A DNA stretch of 64,000 nucleotides, taken from Myxococcota bacterium. Its GTDB lineage: Bacteria > Myxococcota_A > UBA796 > GCA-2862545. The DNA lies in NCBI GenBank assembly GCA_039208735.1, contig JBCCQY010000008.1:1-64000 (forward strand). The letters are read 5' to 3'. A program made the position numbers and the translations under genes. Below the pieces are notes generated by a model that did no database searches, was not told the origin of the DNA, and saw only the letters and a list, made by a program, of their open reading frames with translations. This document shows, piece after piece, positions 39,198 to 48,284 of the stretch (its first letter is position 1; each line of letters starts with the position of its first letter).

Positions 39198-42100
39198 GTG
39201 TTATCGACCCGCGATTTGTGATCGACCTGGTCGAAGGTCGTTTTGGCCGAACTTCTCGTACGGAACTCGATGCATTGTTCGCGGAGGCGGCGGACCACGA
39301 TCACATTTGTCTGCACGTGCACGGGGGCTTGGTCAAGCACCATGAGGCGCTGAACTCGATCCCCATCCTTCAACAAACCATCGAACCCCATGCTCGCCCC
39401 ATCTTTGTGACATGGAATAGCGGTGCGGTCGAAACGCTGGTCCGCAACCTCGATGAAATTGCCAAAGACGCGCTGGCCCAACGCTTGTTCGCCTGGGCCC
39501 AAGACGAGGCAGAGCGCACCGAAGACCATCCATCGGGCTTCACCAGCGAAGAAGCCCAGGCAAAAGCACTCGCCGCCGCGCTCGCGCGCGACGAGGATCT
39601 GGAACGAGGACTGCGGGCCGCACGCGACCGCGAGGCGGCGGGGTTCTCCCTCATTCCCCAGGTCGTCTCAAGTTCGGTCCTCAAGGAGCTGTTCGAAACC
39701 GCAGCGGGCATCAACTGGATGTCGCTCGCCCTCCGGCTGGTACGCATCGTCGCCGCCGCCGCCAAGCGACAAATGACCGAGCCCGGAAGGCCCTTCCTCG
39801 CAACGTTATTCGAGGAGACGATTCGTTCGCTGTTTGGTGACGTCCTTGGGGAAGCGTACTGGACGGCGATGAAGGGCGATACACGCGAAGCCTTCGCCAA
39901 CCACGACGATCGCGGTGGCCGGCACCTTCTGCAACGACTCGCCTAGTGGTGGCAGCCGGGGCGACGTATCAGCTTTATCGGTCACTCCGCAGGCGGCGTC
40001 TTTTTCTGCCATCTGCTGCAGCATGCCAACCTTCTGCCCGAGGACTGCCGCCTCGACGCCATTCTCATCGCCCCCGCGTGCTCGTTTGAACTCCTCCACG
40101 CTTCGCTGCAGTCAGCAGGAGGCTCTCGCTTGGGCCGGATGCGGGTCTTCGGACTCTCCGACGTGCGCGAACGCGGATACTGGGAGTGGTTTTACCCTGC
40201 GTCACTGTTGTACCTGGTCTCGGGACTGCTCGAAGACAAAAGCGACAAGCCGCTTCTGGGGATGGAACGGTACTGGGACGAAACGCGCTACCCTTCAGCC
40301 GGCGATGAAGCGCTGAACGGGGTGCGCACCTGGTTCACGACCCACGAATCCGCGGCATTTTGGTCTCCTCATGACGGCGAGCCCGGTACCGAAACGCAGG
40401 GCGATACTCACGGCTCGATCAGCGAAGAGTTGGTGACCCTCGAGAGCGTCGGGTGGCTCCTCGAAAACAAGTCTTGGGATGCGTCGGGTAGTTTTTCTCG
40501 CCCGAAGGCGTGCCGAGTGGTGGAACGATGGCAGCGAGCGGCTCGCTCCTTTCCGATCCATCGACGTCAGCCGGCCCCCACCACCGGCGGTCAAGGCTTT
40601 CGAGCCGCGGTTGGCCAGGTCGACCTGACCCGAGAATTGTACCAGTCCACCTTTGGCTATGGTCCGGGGAAGGCCAAGGGCGGTGAGGGGTGGTTCGGGC
40701 GCCTCCGAGCCGTCATGATGCTGTTCGAAGACGATCGAGGCGAACGCGCACTCGTGCTGGGCGCGGATTTGCACTCAGGGGCCCGGTACCTCACCGAAGC
40801 ATTGGCTTGGCACCTCGCGGACATCGGCCTGTCGGTCGATCGAATTGTCTTCACCTCGTCTCACACCCATTCAGGCCACGGACGGTTCTACGGCGTGCCC
40901 ACCTACGATCGACTGGCGGGACGGATCCGTTCACTGTTCGATGGGTTCGACGTACGCGGAACCGCGCGAATGGTGGAGCGCATGGTACGGGAAGCCCGCC
41001 GATTGGAGGGGCAACTGCGACCCGCTCGCATCGGCACGGGACACTCGGATGCGTGGGGAACCCTTTGGAACCGGAGTCTCCCGCCATACCTCGGCAATTT
41101 CTTTGAGCCCACCACCACGTCCGAGGACACCCAGCGCAACACTGTGTTGAATGAGGCCCGACGCTGGCATCCCGGCGGAGAGGTTCCGACCGACCTTTCG
41201 CTTGACCACCTCGCCGTAGACGCACGGATTCGCGTGCTTGTCGTGGGGCCCGATGAAGACGGAGCTCCACCGTGGGGGGCCCTGGCCTTCATGGGAGCCA
41301 GCCCGACGCTGTCAGCGAGCCACCTGCGGTGGTACTCCTCGGACGCGTTTGGAAGTGCGGCGAAGGCGGTCGAACGGACCCTTCAGAAAACCATGGGGCG
41401 CCATGTGCCGATCGGGGTCGTCGGCTCGGCCAATGGGGATGTGAATGTCGTGGTGCGGGGCATGCCCTTCGATACGCTTCAGCGGGCGCGAAACCGGGAC
41501 ATCATCGAGGGCGCCAATGCAGGGGAGCCCAGGCACGTGCTAGATCGGCGAGCCGCGGGAGTCCACGTCGTACGCCGTGCGGCCGAGGCCATCGCCTCCC
41601 ATGTCGTGGATGCCATCTCAACCGGATGGGCGGCGGCGAAGGCACCGTCACAGATCAACATTCGGTTCGAGGAATCTGTGATTCCAGAGGCCACGGGTCC
41701 GATCGAAGCACCGGATGCCCCTCCCCACCTCGGGGCGCCTTCGATCCACCAGTACAAATTGCCCTGCACCTGGATGATTGGAGAATCGACGTTTGCGACG
41801 AGCGAACTCAACCGAGCCTGGGAGCCCGTGCCTCCCGAGCAGGGTGTCGAGCGGTCCAAGAGATTGAAGCCGGACGAACGTGCGCTCCAGATCATCGAAT
41901 GGCGTGACCCCCACAGCCCCAAGAAGCCCCCCGTCAACATTGCGGGGTCACCCCTCCAAGAGTGGCTGTCCTTCATTGGGCCGGTGGGTTCCCTCGGACT
42001 CGATCCCTACTTGCCCCTTCACCTGTTGTCGTTCGACGATGACGTGCACATCGCAGGATTGCCCGCCGAGCTTTCGGTTCACTTCAGCCGGGAATTGCGC

Positions 42101-42802
42101 CAGGCGCTGGATGGCACCCTTGGCGGAGAGGTCCTGCTGGGAGCGCTCGCGGGCGGCTACACGGGATACGCTTCCACGATTGGCGAATATGCCGTCCAGG
42201 ACTACGAGGGTTCCTCCGTCTATTGGGGACGCCACTTCGGGTCGTTGATCCGTCAGCGACTGGCGACGCTGGCCGCGGCATCACCGCAACCGGTCGGTGA
42301 AGGAACGCCAGGGACCGCCTATTTTGTTCGCAACCAGGCGCCCCTCGAAGAGATTGCGATTACGCGCGAGGACGAAGACGACGCAGGGTTTCGGCCCGGA
42401 CCCGATCTTGGCGTGCTCCGACGCAAACTCGAAGGCATCGACAATGATCCGAGCCTCGTGCGGCTCGTGGGGTCCTGGTCACCGCGAAAGAAGCCCCAAC
42501 GTCAAGGCCGATCGCGCATCGGCTCTCCGCAGCCCGCCGGAACGTGGTTTGTACGGTTGATGGAGGGTGACACGCCGTTGATGGTAAATGGAAGCCAGGT
42601 CGATGATCTCACGCACGACATGGGCGTGTGGTTCGATCGCAAGGAACGCCGGTGGGTCTTCGTGTTGGAGATGCCAAAGGCGGTGCTCGCGGGGCGGAAG
42701 ATCACCTACGATCTGCTCGATGACGATCGGGTTCGTCCAGCCGGTGCGTTTCACCCTCCCGAACCCAAGTCCGTCGATGAGATGCCGGATGTAAACCGGT
42801 GA
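39194..42802 (+). CDS. Alpha/beta-hydrolase plus neutral/alkaline ceramidase fusion, interrupted by one in-frame TAG (39944-39946)
   Basis: ORFs ending 39946 and starting 40130 share a frame with no other stop; HVHGGLV, GHSAG, APAC, SLLYLVSG; ceramidase motifs HTHSG, NRS, PAE, YTGY..EY..QDYEG. Confidence 0.78.
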
Positions 42803-44040
42803 TCGAAACACTCAACCATGCGGCCGATCGAGCCTTGGCATCCCTTGCATTTGAGTTCGATGAACTCGAGCGTCAGGCTGCGGCCAACATCGACAACCGC
42901 TTCGTGGCGAACCGTCGCCACATTCACCGATTGCTCTCGATGCTGCGGGCAATGCTGGCCGATCTCAAAGGCGCAGGCCGTAGCACTGTGCAGGATGCGC
43001 TGAAGGTCCTGGATGCCGTTCAGGGCGCCCATGTGGTCTGGGGAGCCTACCGCGACCGGTTCGAGCAACGCGAGCGCGAGGAATGGCGATTCATCCTTCT
43101 TTTAGCTGACGATTTGGCCCGGGAGTGCACCCCTGCCGTCGTGCAACGCGAGCCTCCGTTGGTGATGTTCTCGGCCGAGGGCTCACCAGCCGTCCAGCCT
43201 CGAGGCAGCCCAGAGATCCCCCCGCAGCTGGACACGCCAGAACTCCAGCAACGCTTCCAAGACCTCGTCTTTCGCATTCCTGTGCCCATCCTTCATCTGC
43301 CGTGGCGTTCTTGGACCGATCTCCCTTCATTGGCGGTAGTCGCCCATGAGGTCGGCCACATGGTGGAGCGAGACCTGGGCTTGCCTGTAGCGGACGTCGC
43401 CGCAGATGCCGTGGAACCAGAAGACAGAGACCGAGCTCGTCAGTGGGCCCGCGAACTGTTCGCGGACGCGTGGGGGGTAGCGTGCTGTGGTGATGCGTTT
43501 TTGGAGGCGTTGGCCCTTGCTGAAGCGGCGTCGCCGCAAGCCCTCGCCGACCAGGCACCGCGTGACAAATATCCCCGGGCCCTCTCTCGCCTAAGGGCCG
43601 CTTTTGCCGCCTTTCAGGCACTGGGACTGCCCGACGCTCTTGCCATCGAGAGCCGATGGACGTCGACGTTCGAAATGGCGGGAGCCCCTGCGCTGGCCGA
43701 TCAGCGCGTTGCAATCCAGGTCATGCAGGCGTTCGTGGAACGAACGTGGACGGACGACGTGCGGCTTGACCGTCAGATCCCTGAAGGCAACGTCCAGGAT
43801 GTGGTGACCCGCCTCAACGACCCCACGAGTGGGCTCGTCGGAGGCACAGACGCACGCGTCGTCGTACGGGCCTTGGCGCAGCTGGACCGTGCCCGCTTCA
43901 CCCCGGATGGCGCATCGGCGCTGGCCAAGCAGTGGCGTTCAGCGAGGCACTTCGAAGATGGATTGCTGGTTCCATCCGTCGATGATGAACAACTCGGAAA
44001 GACCTTTGCCCGTCGACTCTTGAGTTCGGAGACCCCATGA
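42799..44040 (+). CDS. Uncharacterised HEXXH (zincin-like) protein with helical N-terminus
   Basis: VVAHEVGH followed by WARELFADAWG; GTGA overlap with the upstream gene. Confidence 0.7.
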   Translation: MIETLNHAADRALASLAFEFDELERQAAANIDNRFVANRRHIHRLLSMLRAMLADLKGAGRSTVQDALKVLDAVQGAHVVWGAYRDRFEQREREEWRFILLLADDLARECTPAVVQREPPLVMFSAEGSPAVQPRGSPEIPPQLDTPELQQRFQDLVFRIPVPILHLPWRSWTDLPSLAVVAHEVGHMVERDLGLPVADVAADAVEPEDRDRARQWARELFADAWGVACCGDAFLEALALAEAASPQALADQAPRDKYPRALSRLRAAFAAFQALGLPDALAIESRWTSTFEMAGAPALADQRVAIQVMQAFVERTWTDDVRLDRQIPEGNVQDVVTRLNDPTSGLVGGTDARVVVRALAQLDRARFTPDGASALAKQWRSARHFEDGLLVPSVDDEQLGKTFARRLLSSETP

Positions 44041-44786
44041 CGTTCGAGGAGTTTCGTGCTGCCCAACCCACGGTGACCGTGGGTGGGAAAACCTGGTTCG
44101 TCGTCGAGGACGACATGCGAATGAACGAGGTGCGACTGCTTCAGTATTGGCAGTCTCGAGTGAGCCAAGCCACGCCCGGGCGCCTGCTCGAAAAGCTGGT
44201 CGGTGGCATGGGTCCCGAGGGACGATTGGTTCGGTGGTCACCCGGGAGCGTCCTGACCTACGCGGTGCTTGACGAGCATTTTCCGTCCCCAGAACGCGCC
44301 GCCACGATCCGCCAGGCCATGCTGGAAGCCGCGAGCGATTGGCAGAGTGTGTGCGGGGTGCGTTTTCAGCGTTTGGACGTTCCCGAACACGAAGCAACGG
44401 ACCGAGAGCGTTGCCTGTTTACCGTCAGGCAACACGACCTGAGTGGTGGGCTCATCGCATTGGCCTTCTTCCCTGACGACCCCGCGGACGAACGCGACAT
44501 CTTTGTCGACCCGACCTTCCCCGCAACGTTCTCCGCGCGGGGCATTCTTCGCCATGAACTTGGGCACATCCTTGGGTTCTACCACGAGTTCACGAGGCAT
44601 GAACTCGACAACATCGACATTGGCGAGGCCGATCTCCGCTCCGTGATGAACTACCCCCAACACGGTGGAGACCCGAGTTTAATGATCACCGACGAAGATG
44701 CTCGCGCAGCTCGCGAGGTCTATGGTTGGCCCGTTGGGGATTCGAAGATGGTCGAGCCACCACCGCCCGATTCCTCCACAGTTTAG
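44037..44786 (+). CDS. Metzincin metalloprotease (matrixin/M57-like) without signal peptide
   Basis: IALAFFP, HELGHILGFYHE, Met-turn SVMNYP; ATGA overlap. Confidence 0.85.
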   Translation: MTFEEFRAAQPTVTVGGKTWFVVEDDMRMNEVRLLQYWQSRVSQATPGRLLEKLVGGMGPEGRLVRWSPGSVLTYAVLDEHFPSPERAATIRQAMLEAASDWQSVCGVRFQRLDVPEHEATDRERCLFTVRQHDLSGGLIALAFFPDDPADERDIFVDPTFPATFSARGILRHELGHILGFYHEFTRHELDNIDIGEADLRSVMNYPQHGGDPSLMITDEDARAAREVYGWPVGDSKMVEPPPPDSSTV

Positions 44787-44848
44787 GCGACGCACGAATC
44801 GCATGGTCCCACCTCGAACGCACTCTTTCGCTGAAGCCGTCGAACGGC

Positions 44849-44900
44849 TTGACAGCTCAAACTAAGATCATTAGTTTTCAATCTAATGCTCTTAGTTTGA
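44849..44900 (+). promoter_or_regulatory. Sigma70 promoter overlapped by a double TetR operator
   Basis: TTGACA (44849)-N17-TAGTTT; two CTAA-N5-TTAG palindromes forming an 18-bp inverted repeat (17/18) at 44857-44900. Confidence 0.75.
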
Positions 44901-44927
44901 TAGTGCATACGACACGAGGGAACGGAC

Positions 44928-45725
44928 ATGCCCATGCTGGAGACGACCGGTGGACAGGTTGCATACGAGACAATCGGCTCCGGAAGTACCCCGATTGTGG
45001 CCGTGCCGGGAATCGGAGACACGCGAGCGAGCTACCGTGCCCTGGCTCCAATTCTCGCCGACCAAGACTGCACGGTTCACCTGATGGACCTTCGGGGACA
45101 CGGGGACTCGGATGTGGGCTTCGGCTCGTACACCTCAGAGGACATTGGAGATGACGTGCACGAGCTGATGGAGTCCTTCGACCTTCGAGGGGCGCTCCTG
45201 CTCGGCAACTCCATCGGTGCGGCCGCCGTTGTTCACGCGTCGCTTCGGTCAGACCGCGTAAACGGGCTGGTTCTGCTGAGCGGCTTTGTCAGCGACCCGC
45301 CGAACTTCGGTGCAATCCGGTTGTTGCTCGGCATGATGTTCGCTTGGCCATGGGGCGTCTCGGTCTGGGGAATGTACCGCAAGACCCTGTTCGCATCTCC
45401 ACCTTCCGACTTTGCCGACAACCATGATGCAGTGTTGTCGAACCTACGTGAGGGGGGCCGATTGCAAGCTGTACGCACCATGATGTGCGCATCAAAGGCC
45501 GCCATCAGCGACCGCTTGTCGAACGTGACCGTTCCCGCGCTGATCGCGATGGGTGCGCAAGATCCCGACTTTTCGAGCCCGGAAGAGGAAGCGCACCGGC
45601 AAGCTCGCGAACTCGGTGGTGACAACCAGGTGGTGATGATCGATCAAGCGGGCCATTATCCTCAAGTTGAACGGCCAGAACAGACCGCACAGGCGATCCT
45701 CCGCTTCAGGGAGAACCACGTATAG
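44928..45725 (+). CDS. Alpha/beta fold hydrolase
   Basis: DLRGHGDS, GNSIG, AGHYPQVE. Confidence 0.9.
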   Translation: MPMLETTGGQVAYETIGSGSTPIVAVPGIGDTRASYRALAPILADQDCTVHLMDLRGHGDSDVGFGSYTSEDIGDDVHELMESFDLRGALLLGNSIGAAAVVHASLRSDRVNGLVLLSGFVSDPPNFGAIRLLLGMMFAWPWGVSVWGMYRKTLFASPPSDFADNHDAVLSNLREGGRLQAVRTMMCASKAAISDRLSNVTVPALIAMGAQDPDFSSPEEEAHRQARELGGDNQVVMIDQAGHYPQVERPEQTAQAILRFRENHV

Positions 45726-46298
45726 ATGGGCAGAAAGCGCGGACCCTCATTGACGCGAGAACAGGTCGTTCAAGCCGCGGTGGAGCTGGTGCGTGCCGAA
45801 GGGGCAGAGGCGCTTGGCGTGTCCCGGGTCGCGAGCGCGCTCAACATCAAGCCTCCGTCGATCTACAATCATGTAGGAACGGGCGATGCGCTTGCTCGAG
45901 CCGTTGTGCTCCAAGCCAATCGGGAGCTGGTGGACGTCCTGAAGAATACGGTGCGCGGCGTGCATGAACCCAGCGGCCAGTTGAGAGGCTTGGCCGACGC
46001 GACCCGTAGCTGGGCGCTTGATAACCGAGGCCTGTACGCGCTGATGGCCAGGGTTAAGCCTGATAATGACGACCCAGCATTCATTCCGGTCTATCGCGAC
46101 CTGTTGGACCTCTTTGGACGCCCCTTGGGGCAGCTCGGCGTACCCGATGACGAAATCATTCATGCCATCCGTGGTGTGAGAGCTGGTATCCACGGGTTCG
46201 TGCTGCTCGACTCAAGCGGGCAGTTTCAGTTCGAGGTCTCCACGGAGGAGAGCTATCACTGGCTCGTCGACACCTTGATCGCCGGGGTCTTGCGTTAG
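45726..46298 (+). CDS. TetR family regulator (WHG-type C-terminus)
   Basis: VASALNIKPPSIYNH; IHGFVLL. Confidence 0.9.
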   Translation: MGRKRGPSLTREQVVQAAVELVRAEGAEALGVSRVASALNIKPPSIYNHVGTGDALARAVVLQANRELVDVLKNTVRGVHEPSGQLRGLADATRSWALDNRGLYALMARVKPDNDDPAFIPVYRDLLDLFGRPLGQLGVPDDEIIHAIRGVRAGIHGFVLLDSSGQFQFEVSTEESYHWLVDTLIAGVLR

Positions 46299-46430
46299 CG
46301 AGGACCACGAACCACACTCCGTCACGACCGCGGAATTTATAGGCCAAACTAACCAAACCACATCATTACAGTGATCACTGCAACAGTTTTTGATGGACCA
46401 GTTATGGGTGGATCATTCACCCGAGGTACC

Positions 46431-47576
46431 ATGACCACTCGCCCCACGTCCGCGCGTCCCCCGTCCCATGCCGAGTCCCCGACGCAGTCCGAGGCAGCAC
46501 GGCTCCAGAGCTTCGGTCGAGCCCTCAGAGCCCTCCACGACCGTGAGATGGCCGATATGGGCGAGGCCGACGTGCGCTACATCGTGCAGCTCGATCGGTT
46601 CTCGCACGCCATGGAGGTCGTTGGCCGCACCCTGCTGCACACCAGCCTCGAGCCGGTGGGCTTTCTCACTGGCGTCACCTGTTTGTGGGTTCACAAACAG
46701 CTCCAGGCCACAGAGATCGGGCACACCGTGCTGCACGGGGTCTACGATCGTCTCGACGACCGCTATCGTTCGGACACCTTCGTCTGGCAGGCTCCCATCG
46801 ACGAGGACTCATGGCGCAACGGGCATAATCTGCGGCACCATCAGTTCACGAACGTCGCGCACCGAGATCCGGACATCAACTTCGGCGGCATTCGCCTAAC
46901 CGAGGAAACCCCGCATCGAGCCGAACACTACCACCAGCTGGGGTCCGTATTCTTCGTCAGTGCTCCATTCTTCACCTCGGCGATGAACGCCCACTTCACC
47001 GGGTTGATGGACGTGTACGGGCTCGGTGGATGGGAAGACGAGGTTGACGTCATCGACCCGAGCGACCCCGAGGCAGTCCGCGAAGCCCATCGCCGGGCGT
47101 TTGGCAAGCTGCTCCCCCACCTCGCCAAGGAGTACCTGCTCTTCCCGGCCCTCGCCGGTCCGATGTTCTGGAAGGTTGCGCTCGGCAACTGGCTCAGCGA
47201 GCGCGCCCGGGACCTGTACACGGCGGCAACGATCTACTGCGGGCACGTCGGAGAGGATGTCGCGTCCTACCCGCCAGGCACCCGAGCGGGCTCGCGAGGC
47301 CGCTGGTACGAGATGCAAGTCGAGTCGAGCAACAACTTCACGGTTGCCTGGCCGTTCAACGTCCTGTGCGGGGGCCTCGAACACCAGATCGAGCACCACC
47401 TGTTTCCGAAGCTGCCGCCGCAGCGCCTGCGCGCCATCGCACCGGAGGTGGAGGCGATCTGTCAGGACCATGGGGTAGCCTACCGCTCGGAGCCTTGGGG
47501 GCGTACACTGCTCACCTCTCTCCGTCGCATCGCAGAGCTGAGCTTCCCCAAGCGAGCGGTGCCCTCCACAGGCTGA
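46431..47576 (+). CDS. Membrane fatty acyl-CoA desaturase (DesA3/DesB-like)
   Basis: His boxes EIGHTVLHG, HNLRHH, QIEHHLFP. Confidence 0.9.
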   Translation: MTTRPTSARPPSHAESPTQSEAARLQSFGRALRALHDREMADMGEADVRYIVQLDRFSHAMEVVGRTLLHTSLEPVGFLTGVTCLWVHKQLQATEIGHTVLHGVYDRLDDRYRSDTFVWQAPIDEDSWRNGHNLRHHQFTNVAHRDPDINFGGIRLTEETPHRAEHYHQLGSVFFVSAPFFTSAMNAHFTGLMDVYGLGGWEDEVDVIDPSDPEAVREAHRRAFGKLLPHLAKEYLLFPALAGPMFWKVALGNWLSERARDLYTAATIYCGHVGEDVASYPPGTRAGSRGRWYEMQVESSNNFTVAWPFNVLCGGLEHQIEHHLFPKLPPQRLRAIAPEVEAICQDHGVAYRSEPWGRTLLTSLRRIAELSFPKRAVPSTG

Positions 47577-47579
47577 ATT

Positions 47580-48284
47580 ATGGGCCGCGAATTCACGATC
47601 GACGAACTCGCCGCCGAGACGGGTGTCTCGAGCCGGACGATCCGCTTTTATCAGTCGAAGAAGGCACTTCCTGCGCCGGCGAGGCGTGGTCGGCTAGCGA
47701 TCTACGATGACCGCCACGTCGAGCGCCTCCGCCTCATTGGCAGGCTGCAAGACCAGGGGCTCACCATCAAGGCCATCCGTTCGCTGCTGTCGCGAGCCGA
47801 CCGGGGCGAGATGGAGCTGTCCACCTGGCTCGGACTGAACTCCAAGCTTCAGGTGCCGTGGACCGACGACCCATCCGTCTCGGTGTCGATGGACGAGCTG
47901 GTGGAGAAGATGGGCTCCGATCGCGAGGGTATGGTCGCCGAGCTGGTGCGAGCCGGCGTGGTGAAGCGAACGGGCAAGACCTTCTCGGTGCCGAGCCCTG
48001 CGCTGCTCACCATCACGCTCGAGCTGTCTCAAGCCGGCGTACCCCCCAGCATCAGCGCGGAGGCCGCCGAAATGTTGCGGCGACACCTTTCCCGTGCCGC
48101 CGAGGAGGTTTCCGAACTCTTCCTGGGCCGCTTCGGGGAGAGTGAAGCGCACGCCGAGAAGCTTACCGAGATCCTGGACACCCTCCGGCCGGCGACCCTG
48201 GAGGCCGTCCGGCTGATCTTCGCGCAGGAAATGGACGCAGCACTGCAAAAGGCAGTCGCATCGGGCTCGGTGCGTCTGCGCTAG
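47580..48284 (+). CDS. MerR family regulator
   Basis: FTIDELAAETGVSSRTIRFYQ...HVERLRLI..LQDQGLTIKAI. Confidence 0.9.
   Translation: MGREFTIDELAAETGVSSRTIRFYQSKKALPAPARRGRLAIYDDRHVERLRLIGRLQDQGLTIKAIRSLLSRADRGEMELSTWLGLNSKLQVPWTDDPSVSVSMDELVEKMGSDREGMVAELVRAGVVKRTGKTFSVPSPALLTITLELSQAGVPPSISAEAAEMLRRHLSRAAEEVSELFLGRFGESEAHAEKLTEILDTLRPATLEAVRLIFAQEMDAALQKAVASGSVRLR

Noticed and set aside
38133..42400. Recurring GFR motif (GGFRGG, QGFRAA, AGFRPG) as a shared caspase cleavage site
   Set aside because: Too short to be significant, and one instance is simply the first strand of the ceramidase domain.
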